From positions 96,001 through 160,000 of the forward strand of contig CAVYBU010000006.1 of the NCBI GenBank assembly GCA_963766735.1: a stretch of DNA of 64,000 nt. Reading direction: 5' to 3'. The position numbers were made by a program, and so were the translations under genes. Shown in pieces: positions 1-8,480 of the stretch. This stretch comes from an uncultured Chloroflexia bacterium (GTDB lineage: Bacteria > Chloroflexota > Limnocylindria > Limnocylindrales > CSP1-4). Positions within the stretch are counted from its first letter, which is position 1. Every line of letters starts with the position of its first letter. Under the pieces are notes generated by a model that was given only the letters and a program-made list of their open reading frames with translations, made no database searches and was not told the origin of the DNA.

Positions 1-104
1 CCTGCAGGCTCGCATCGGAGACGCCGACTGGCGATACTGCTCGGGCACACGGGATGATTTCCGGGAGGAAGCCGTCTCGTCCACAGGTCAGGAGGAATGG
101 GCAC

Positions 105-2867
105 ATGACAGAGGTGACCGGAGCAACCGCTGCCGCCGGCGCGACGGCGTGGCACGCCCTGAGCACGGAGGACGCTCTGCAGCAGCAGGGCGTCGACGCC
201 GACCAGGGATTGTCCTCAGCCGAGGTCACCGCACGCAGGACGAAGTTCGGTGCCAACCGGTTTGCGGAACAGGCCCCCGAGCCGCGCCTGCGCGCCTTCC
301 TGCGCCAGTACGCCGACGCGATGCAGATCGTCCTGCTGGTCGCCGGCGTGCTGAGCATCTACCCGGTGGGCCAGGTCTCCACCGGGGTGATGCTGATCCT
401 GCTGACGGTCCTCAACGCCTACCTCGGCCTGAGCCAGGAGGGCAAGGCTGCGGCGGCCGTGGCGGCGCTCCAGAAGATGATGGTCGTCAAGGCGCGGGTG
501 CGCCGGGACGGCGAGCTGGTGGAGGTGCCGGCCGAGGAGCTCGTCCCGGGAGACATCGTGGCCTTCGAGGCCGGCGATCTCGTCACCGCGGACGGACGGA
601 TCTTCGCGGCGGCAACCCTGGAGATCGACGAAGCGGCCCTGACCGGCGAAAGCCTGCCCGTCGCCAAGGACGTGAACCCCGTCGCCGCCGATGCGCCGCT
701 GGGCGACCGGCTCGGCATGGCGTTCATGAACACGAACGTGACCCGTGGCTCGGGGCGCTTCGTCGTGACTGCCACCGGCATGAACACCGAGGTGGGCCAC
801 ATCTCCGGGATGCTGCAGGTCGACAAGGGACAGGAGACGCCCCTGACGCGGCAGATCAACGCCTTGACCAACCAGCTCCTGATCATCGCCGGCCTCGCCC
901 TCCTTGCCTCGATCGCGATCGGCTACTTCCGCTACGGCCAGCCATTCGATGTCCTGTTCGTGACGGCCATCGCCTTCGCCGTGTCGGCCATTCCGACGGG
1001 CCTGCCTGCCGTCATCACCACCATCCTCTCGTACGGCACGCAGACGCTCGCGAAGGCCGGCGCCATCGTGAAGCAGTTGCGATCCGTGGAGACCCTTGGA
1101 TCCACTTCGGCGATCAACTCCGACAAGACCGGCACGCTCACCCTCAACCAGATGACGGCCGTCGAGATGGCGATCCCGGGCCGCCGGTTCACCGTCTCCG
1201 GCACCGGCTACGGGATCGAGGGCTCGATCGCGCGCGTCGCGGGTGATGCGGACGTCCCGCTCGACCCGTTCCTCCTCCCGTGCGTCCTGGCCTCCGACGC
1301 CGTCGTCAAGGATGGCGCCTTGATCGGCGACCCGACCGAGGGCGCGCTCGTTGTCCTGGCCGAGAAGGGCGGGGTCAGCGCCATCGCCACGCGAGAGGCC
1401 TACCCGCGGGTCGCAACCCTGCCGTTCGATGCGGCCTACAAGATGATGGCCACCTTCCACCGCATGAAGGACGAGGCGGGCAAGGATGTCGTCCGCTGCT
1501 TCGTCAAGGGTGCCCCCGACCAGCTGCTGGCCCGCGGCACGTTCGTGGTCACGCCGGACCTGTCCGGGGTCCGTCCCGTCGACGACGACATGCGGGCGAG
1601 GATCCTCGCGGAGAACGAGCGCCTCGGGGCCAAGGGACTGCGCGTGATGGCAACCGGGCGCAGGGACTTCGATCCCGCCAGCTTTGATCCCGGTGCCGAT
1701 CTCCTGCCGCTGCTCGACGGGATGACCCTGCTCGCCCTCGTCGGGATCGTGGACCCGCCGCGACCGGCGGCCAGGAAATCGATCGCCGAGGCGCACAGCG
1801 CCGGGATCCAGGTCCGGATGATCACCGGCGATCATGCCGTCACGGCCCAGGCGATCGCACAGGACCTGGGCATCACCGGCCGCGCCATCACCGGCGCAGA
1901 GTTCCGGGCGATGAGCGACGACCAGGCCGTCCGGGAGATCGACGGCATCGGCGTGATAGCGCGAGTGACGCCGGAGGACAAGGTCCACCTGGTCGACATC
2001 CTTCGCAAGAAGGGCCACATCGTGGCGATGACGGGCGACGGCGTGAACGACGCGCCGGCGCTCAAGAAGGCCGACATCGGCGTGGCCATGGGCATCACGG
2101 GTACCGAGGTCTCGAAGGAGGCCGCGGTGATGATCCTCACCGATGACGACTTCGCGACGATCGTGAAGGCAGTCAAGCTGGGTCGCGGGCTCTACGACAA
2201 CCTCAAGAAGTACATCCGCTTCCAGGTCGGGCTCCTGCTCGGCTACATCGTCACGTTCCTGGGCTCCAGCATCCTGAACGTGCTCGGCGGCGTCCCGTTC
2301 GTGCCCATCCAGACGCTGTTCATGAACTTCACCGTCCAGGTCTTCCAGGCGGTCGGCCTCGGCTACGGCAAGGCCGCGGACGGCCTCATGGAGCGCAGGC
2401 CGCGCCCGTCCAGCGAGCCGCTCCTCAGCGGCCCACTCCTCATCTGGCTGGCCGTCGCCGGCCTCGTGATGGGTGGCGGCACGCTGGCCGTCATCGCCTG
2501 GGCCTCGAACGTCTACGACGAGACGGTCGCGCGCACCATGGGGATGATCGCCTTCTCGATCTCGAACGTCGCGTTCTCGTTCGCGACGAAGGACGAGCGG
2601 CGGTCGGTCTTCAGCCTCGACATCATGGGCGACCGGCCGTTCCTCTACGCGACGGCGGCCTCGATCGCGACGATCGTGCTGATGACCGAGTTCGGGTTCT
2701 TCAACCGGCTCCTCGACACGACCAACCTCAACCTCGACCAGTGGGTCGTCTGCATCCTCGTCGGGTTGCTGATCATCCCCGTCTCGGAGATCCGGAAGAT
2801 CGTCATCAAGAAGCCCCTCGACGAGGTTCCGTCCGAGGCTCCCATGGCAGCCGCGTTGGCCGCCTGA
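105..2867 (+). CDS. P-type ATPase, P2A-like architecture but with atypical ion-binding helices
   Basis: [22 protein letters not shown] and TGDGVND motifs; about 10 TM segments; AGGAGG at ~90-95 supports ATG 105; TM4 reads PTGL instead of PEGL. Confidence 0.93.
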   Translation: MTEVTGATAAAGATAWHALSTEDALQQQGVDADQGLSSAEVTARRTKFGANRFAEQAPEPRLRAFLRQYADAMQIVLLVAGVLSIYPVGQVSTGVMLILLTVLNAYLGLSQEGKAAAAVAALQKMMVVKARVRRDGELVEVPAEELVPGDIVAFEAGDLVTADGRIFAAATLEIDEAALTGESLPVAKDVNPVAADAPLGDRLGMAFMNTNVTRGSGRFVVTATGMNTEVGHISGMLQVDKGQETPLTRQINALTNQLLIIAGLALLASIAIGYFRYGQPFDVLFVTAIAFAVSAIPTGLPAVITTILSYGTQTLAKAGAIVKQLRSVETLGSTSAINSDKTGTLTLNQMTAVEMAIPGRRFTVSGTGYGIEGSIARVAGDADVPLDPFLLPCVLASDAVVKDGALIGDPTEGALVVLAEKGGVSAIATREAYPRVATLPFDAAYKMMATFHRMKDEAGKDVVRCFVKGAPDQLLARGTFVVTPDLSGVRPVDDDMRARILAENERLGAKGLRVMATGRRDFDPASFDPGADLLPLLDGMTLLALVGIVDPPRPAARKSIAEAHSAGIQVRMITGDHAVTAQAIAQDLGITGRAITGAEFRAMSDDQAVREIDGIGVIARVTPEDKVHLVDILRKKGHIVAMTGDGVNDAPALKKADIGVAMGITGTEVSKEAAVMILTDDDFATIVKAVKLGRGLYDNLKKYIRFQVGLLLGYIVTFLGSSILNVLGGVPFVPIQTLFMNFTVQVFQAVGLGYGKAADGLMERRPRPSSEPLLSGPLLIWLAVAGLVMGGGTLAVIAWASNVYDETVARTMGMIAFSISNVAFSFATKDERRSVFSLDIMGDRPFLYATAASIATIVLMTEFGFFNRLLDTTNLNLDQWVVCILVGLLIIPVSEIRKIVIKKPLDEVPSEAPMAAALAA

Positions 2868-3075
2868 CGCGACGGGCTGGTCCCGTCCACCCCCGACGCG
2901 CGGGGCCGGCCTTCGGTTCGGCCCGCACGTCCGTTGCCGGGACGGCAAGCGGGGCGACCGGCCCTGCGGGATGATATGCACCCACGGGACGCATCGTCGT
3001 CTCAGCGCCGGACCGCGTGCTCCGTAGCGTCCATCCACAGTCGGCCCCGGTCCGACATCACCCAAAGGAGAATCC

Positions 3076-3417
3076 ATGGGCTGTCTGCTGGTGCTGATGG
3101 GGGGCCTGTTCCCCCGCTTCGGCGTGTTGCTCGTCTACATCGCGCGGCCGGCGTACTTCACGGCCGCCTTCGGCGACATGTGGCTGTGGCCGATCCTCGG
3201 GATCATCTTCGCGCCGTTCACCACGCTGATGTACGTCCTGCTGTGGGCGCCGTCGACCGGGATCAGCGGCTTCGACTGGCTGTGGCTGGCGATTGCCCTC
3301 GCGATCGACATCGGCCACTACGCCGGCAGCGCCTACGGGAACCGCGACCGGATGCCCGGCTACTCGAGTGGCACGGGCTACCCGGGCGACCCCAACAACC
3401 TCGGCCGCCCGATGTAG
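3076..3417 (+). CDS. small membrane protein (about 3 TM), unknown function
   Basis: AAGGAG RBS; hydrophobic 113-aa ORF with a Gly/Tyr/Pro-rich tail. Confidence 0.8.
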   Translation: MGCLLVLMGGLFPRFGVLLVYIARPAYFTAAFGDMWLWPILGIIFAPFTTLMYVLLWAPSTGISGFDWLWLAIALAIDIGHYAGSAYGNRDRMPGYSSGTGYPGDPNNLGRPM

Positions 3418-3424
3418 CTCGGCC

Positions 3425-4850
3425 TCAGCCCGTGGCCCCGTGGCAGGTCTTGGTCTTGCGGCCGCTGCCACAGGGACACGGGTCGTTGCGCCCCGCCTGC
3501 GCCACCGCCGTGCGGAGAGCTGCCGCTTCGCCGGCCAGGATGCCCATGGCCTCGTCCGCGTAGCGGCCCTGTCCCAGCAGCGTCGCCATCACCCGCATCG
3601 GCCGGTCGATGTGAGTGAAGAAGGACTTGTAGCCCGCGCACAGGTGGTTGAGCCCCGGCTCGCCGTCCGGGGTGTCGATGAAGCGGTTGCGCGGGCATTC
3701 CCCGTGGCACGCGAACCGCACGGGACACTCGCGGCAGTAGCGAGGCAGCGTGTCCCGCTTGTCCGTTCCGAACGTGCGTTGCGCGGGCGACGCGACCATC
3801 TCCAGCAGGTGCTGTCGCGGATGTTGCCCAGGAGGTAGCGCGGCTCGACGAAATGGTCGCAGCTGAAGACGTCGCCGGTGTGCTCCACCGTCAGCGCGTT
3901 GCCGCATGTCTCGCCGAAGATGCAGACCGCGGGCGGGGCACCGACCCACGAGGCAAGCGCCGCATCGAAGATCTGCACGAACACGGTGCCCACGTCGCGC
4001 GCGACCCACTCGTCGAACACGCTCGAGAGGAAGCGGCCCCAGCCGTCCGCCGTGACGGAGCGTGAGGTCACCAGGCTCCCGTCGAGCGTGTACAGCGGCC
4101 GCACCTCGCGCCCAGTGGTGCCCCAGCCGGCATCGGCCACCGGCAGCGACTCGGGCGTGGCGCGCTCGACGATCGGGATGAACTGGAGGTATCGGGCCCC
4201 GACCTCGTCGCGGAAGTAGCGGTACACCTCCGCGCCCCGGTCCTGGTTCGCCTCGTGCACCGTGCACAGGATGTTGACGTCGACGCCCTGTTCCGCCATC
4301 AGCCGCGCGGCGGCGAGCACCCTGTGATGGGTGGCCTTGCCGCCCTTGTCCACGCGGTAGCGGTCGTGGATGTCGGGCGGGCCATCCATCGAGAGCCCGA
4401 CCAGGAACCGATGCTCCCGGAAGAACGAGCACCAGTCCTCGTCGATCAGCGTGCCGTTGGTCTGGATCGTGTGCTCGACCTGCTGGCCAGGCTTCCGGTA
4501 CCGCTCGACCAGCTCGATCGAGCGCCGGAAGAAGTCGAGGCCCATCAGGGTGGGCTCGCCGCCCTGCCAGGCGACGGTCACGTTCGGGCTCTCGTGGGAC
4601 TCGAGGAGCTGCTTGACGTACAGCTCCAGCAGATCGTCGGCCATCCGGAACGCGGAGCCCGGGTAGAGCGCCTCCTTGGACAGGAAGAAGCAGTAGGTGC
4701 AGTCGAGGTTGCACACCGCGCCCGTCGGCTTCGCCAGCAGGTGGAAGCCCGGCGGCGAGCCCGCGGGCCGCGGGTCGGGCAAGACGGGACCCGGCGCGGG
4801 GCCGGCACCGGGGCCAGAACTCCCGGTCAGAATGCCGTCGCGGGTGAGGG
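3425..4850 (-). CDS. anaerobic sulfatase maturase (radical SAM + SPASM + C-terminal SEC-C); one frameshift at ~3813; start approximate
   Basis: AKPTGAVCNLDCTYC, WQGGEPTL, IQTNG; SPASM cysteines (CRECPVRFACHGECP); GRNDPCPCGSGRK tail; two ORFs join if one base is restored (GAC-[C]AG-CAC). Confidence 0.88.
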
Positions 4851-5017
4851 GGCTGCTGGGATCCACGGGCCGGGTGATCTCCCTTCCTGGGGCATGGCGC
4901 GCATGGCGGCGAGGGGTCGCCGCCGGGGCTTCACTTCGGCCGGGTGAGGCAGGCCCGGACGGCGGGCACATATGATGTCAGGGACGGGCGTCTCCGGCGT
5001 GTGATGGAGGGGAGTTC

Positions 5018-5800
5018 ATGACGATCGAGGGTGCGCCCGCGCAACCCGATCCATCGGACGGCACCGCGTGGCCTAGGACCGGGACCCCCGCCGTCCTCGG
5101 CGAGGCCGCGCACCAGATGCGCGCGCCCTGGGCGGCCGGCGTCGCGGGCCTCCTGTTCGCGATCCTGTTCACCGCCGCACTCGTCCTGCTCCGCTCGGAG
5201 GCGTTGACCACTGCAACCGATGCGCAGCTGGCCGTGATGTTCGCCACTGGTGGTCACCTGCCGATCGTGATCGGCGGCCTGTACCTGGCGCCGTTCTCGG
5301 GGATCATGTTCCTGTGGTTCGTCGCCGTGGTGCGGGACCAGATCGGCGAGCGCGAGGACCGCTTCTTCGCGACGGTGTTCTTCGGCAGCGGTCTCCTGTT
5401 CGTCGCCCTCGTGTTCGTGGCGACGGCGATCGCTAGCTCCGCGGTCGTCGGCTACCAGTACCTGGACCAGCCGGCACCGTCGGCGGACACCGTGGAGCTG
5501 CTCCGCGCGCTCTCATACACGGTGCTGTTCGCGTTCGCGACCCGGGCGGCCGCCGTCTTCCTGATCTCCATGGGCACGATCGGCCTGCGCAGCCGGACCT
5601 TCCCCAGATGGTTCGCATGGACCGCCTACGCGCTGGGGCTCGTCCTGCTGGTCGCCGTGACGCTCTGGGACTGGATCATCCTCGTGCTCCCGGCATGGGT
5701 CGCGATCGTGAGCCTGTTCATCATGCGCCGCGAGCGGGCGCGCCGGCCCAGCCGCGGGCCTGGCGGCGTCAGCGAGCCCGGACCCGACCGGGTCCCCTGA
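5018..5800 (+). CDS. multi-pass membrane protein (about 6 TM), unknown function
   Basis: GGAG RBS; alternating hydrophobic helices; 5 nt upstream of the SulP start. Confidence 0.8.
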   Translation: MTIEGAPAQPDPSDGTAWPRTGTPAVLGEAAHQMRAPWAAGVAGLLFAILFTAALVLLRSEALTTATDAQLAVMFATGGHLPIVIGGLYLAPFSGIMFLWFVAVVRDQIGEREDRFFATVFFGSGLLFVALVFVATAIASSAVVGYQYLDQPAPSADTVELLRALSYTVLFAFATRAAAVFLISMGTIGLRSRTFPRWFAWTAYALGLVLLVAVTLWDWIILVLPAWVAIVSLFIMRRERARRPSRGPGGVSEPGPDRVP

Positions 5801-5805
5801 GGCTG

Positions 5806-8403
5806 ATGTCGGCCGCGGTCGGGCTGCGCAATCTCCTGGGCCGGGCCAGGCTCGCGATCGAGGGGCCGGAGGGGCCGGCAATCGCCTGGACGCTGCGCGG
5901 CTACCTCCCGAGCCAGCTCTCCGGCGACGTCATCTCGGGCCTGACCGTCGCGGCCCTGATCGTCCCCCTGAGCATCGGCTACGCCGGCGTCGCCGGGCTG
6001 CCGCCGGAGGTGGGCCTGTACGCGTCGATGGTGCCGCTTGCGGCGTATGCGATCTTCGGGTCGGCTCGGCAGGTGATCGTCGGTCCCGATGCGTCCACGG
6101 CGGCGCTGATCGCCGCGACCATTGCGCCGCTGGCGGTTGTCAGCGACGACCGCGTCCGGCTCGCCGGCGTGCTGGCCCTGATGGTTGCCGCGGTCTTCGT
6201 CGTCATGCGGCTCGGCCGGATGGGCTTCCTGGCCGACTTCCTCTCCCGCCCGATCCTGGTCGGCTACATGACGGGCGTGGGCATCACCGTCGCGGCCGGG
6301 CAGGTTGCGAAGATCGCAGGCGGATCGGCGATCGCGGACGCGATCGCGGTCCTGTCGGGTATCGACTGGAGCGCCGCCGACCCGAGGGCCGTCGCCGACG
6401 CGCTCCTGATCGCTGTCCGTGGCTCTGGCGCGGACCTCACCTCATTGGTCATCGGCATCGCCGTGGTGGTCGCCATGCTGCTCGGCCGTCGGTACCTGCC
6501 ACGGGTCCCGATGGCGCTGGTGGCCATGATCGTGGCAATGGTGGCGAGCGCGGCGTTCGACCTCCAGTCCAGGGGAGTCCAGGTGCTGGGTCCGGTGTCG
6601 CCCGGGCTGCCAGGGATCGGCATTCCGACGGCGTCCGCGACGGAGCTCGTCGGGCTGCTGCCCGGAGCGCTCGGCCTCGCGATCCTGAGCTTCGCGGACA
6701 CGGCGGCCACCGGACGAACGTTTGCGGCCCGCCGCCACGAGCGCACCGACGCGAACCGGGAGCTGGTGGCGCTGGCCGCGGCCGACGCCGGAGGGGCCCT
6801 CACCGGCGGCTACGCGATCAGCTCCAGCCCGTCACGGACGGCAGGGGCGGTGAATGCCGGGTCGAGCTCCCAGCTCACCGGGCTGATCGCGATGGCCTCG
6901 GTCGCCGTGGTCCTGGTGCTGCTGACCCGGCCGCTGTCCTACCTCCCGATACCCGCCCTGGGTGGCGTCATCTTCGTCGCCGTCCTCGGCCTCATCGACG
7001 TCCGCGGGATCGTCCGGATCCTGAACCTCAAGTCCAGCGAGGGCCTGATCGCGATCATCACGATGACCGGGGTGATCCTGTACGGAACGCTCATCGGCGT
7101 TGGTATCGCCGTGTTGCTGGCAGCCCTGAACATCGTGCGCCGGGCGGCGTGGCCGCAGATCGTCGAACAGGGCCGTCTCGACGACGGAACCTGGCGGGAT
7201 CTCACCCGACAACCCGAGGCACGCCGCGTTCCCGGGGTGATCGTGATCCGGTTCACGGGTCCCCTGTTCTTTGCGAACGCCACGGCCCTCCAGGCGCTGA
7301 CCCGCGAGCTCATGGCCGGTCGGCTCGACACGAGGGCGGTGGTCCTCGACCTTGCCGCGACCGCCGACATCGACGTCACCGCCGGCGGCGCCATCAGGGA
7401 GCTGGCGGACGACCTGGCTCGCGCCGGCCGGCAGCTGACGGTCGCGGGGCCGCTGGGCCCCGTGCGCGACGAGCTGCGGGCATACGGGCTGGCCGACCTG
7501 ATGGAGGCCACCGGAGGAACACGCGGCAGCATCGACGAAGCGATCGCCGGTCTCGGCCTGGACCCGTCGCGCGCGGTGGAGCCCGGCGAGAGGGGGAGCG
7601 GTGCGGCGTCCGCAGCGGACACGACGCCGGAACCCGGGGAGCCGGTGGCCGGCGAGCCCGAGGAGCCGGCGGCCGAGGAACCCCGGGCCGGCGAGCCCCG
7701 GCCCGGCGAAGGCCTCGTCGTGCGGGTCCTCGCCATCGCGCTGGGGATCGTGGTCGCCGCGACCCTGCTGGGGACGGCGCTCAACGCCTGGCGTGGTGAG
7801 GCGTCCGGTGTGTCTGTCGTCCCCAACCTGGTCGGGCTGTCCCTCGATCGTGCCTCGACGGCCGCAGGGGATGCGGGCTTCACGCTGGCGCCCCCGGTCT
7901 ACGTCCAGCGGAACGATCGACCGGAGAACACGGTCGTTGCCCAGGACCCGCCGGCCGGGACCGAGTTGGAGCGGGGATCCGTGATCCGCCCGGTGGTCAG
8001 CACCGCACGTGGGCTGGTGCGCGTGCCGGATGTCGTTGGCCAGGCCGAGTCCCAGGCCATCGCAACCCTGACCAGTGCGGGCCTCATCGTCCGCAGATCG
8101 GACAGCGTGTTCGATGAGGCGCTGCCCGCTGGTGCCGTCGTCACCACGAGCCCGGCGGCGGGCGTCTCGGTGGCGAAGGGCACGGTCGTCGACTACGTCG
8201 TGTCCGAAGGCGAGGAGCCCACACCGGCGCCCTCGGCAACGCCGGCTCCATCCCCGACGCCCTCGGCAACGCCGTCGCCGGCAACGACGGGCACGCCGAC
8301 GGTTTCGCCATCACCGCCGGACGGGACGCCACCAGTTGAGGCGCCGACCGGGACGCCCCCGAATGCCACGCCTCCAGCCGGGACGGCCAGTCCCACCTTC
8401 TGA
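5806..8403 (+). CDS. SulP/SLC26 anion transporter with STAS, fused to an extra TM, two PASTA domains and a Pro/Thr-rich tail
   Basis: GDVISGLTVAALIVPLSIGYA, GLYAS..P..YAIFGS, PILVGYM; STAS motifs FTGPLFFANA and VVLDL; PASTA-type VPNLVG and VPDVVG repeats; continuous frame. Confidence 0.88.
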   Translation: MSAAVGLRNLLGRARLAIEGPEGPAIAWTLRGYLPSQLSGDVISGLTVAALIVPLSIGYAGVAGLPPEVGLYASMVPLAAYAIFGSARQVIVGPDASTAALIAATIAPLAVVSDDRVRLAGVLALMVAAVFVVMRLGRMGFLADFLSRPILVGYMTGVGITVAAGQVAKIAGGSAIADAIAVLSGIDWSAADPRAVADALLIAVRGSGADLTSLVIGIAVVVAMLLGRRYLPRVPMALVAMIVAMVASAAFDLQSRGVQVLGPVSPGLPGIGIPTASATELVGLLPGALGLAILSFADTAATGRTFAARRHERTDANRELVALAAADAGGALTGGYAISSSPSRTAGAVNAGSSSQLTGLIAMASVAVVLVLLTRPLSYLPIPALGGVIFVAVLGLIDVRGIVRILNLKSSEGLIAIITMTGVILYGTLIGVGIAVLLAALNIVRRAAWPQIVEQGRLDDGTWRDLTRQPEARRVPGVIVIRFTGPLFFANATALQALTRELMAGRLDTRAVVLDLAATADIDVTAGGAIRELADDLARAGRQLTVAGPLGPVRDELRAYGLADLMEATGGTRGSIDEAIAGLGLDPSRAVEPGERGSGAASAADTTPEPGEPVAGEPEEPAAEEPRAGEPRPGEGLVVRVLAIALGIVVAATLLGTALNAWRGEASGVSVVPNLVGLSLDRASTAAGDAGFTLAPPVYVQRNDRPENTVVAQDPPAGTELERGSVIRPVVSTARGLVRVPDVVGQAESQAIATLTSAGLIVRRSDSVFDEALPAGAVVTTSPAAGVSVAKGTVVDYVVSEGEEPTPAPSATPAPSPTPSATPSPATTGTPTVSPSPPDGTPPVEAPTGTPPNATPPAGTASPTF

Positions 8404-8480
8404 CGCGGACAGCGGACCCGCGTGCGATGATCCCTCAACCGAACCCCGGGCATGACCCGGGAGGCAATCAGGAGACACCC

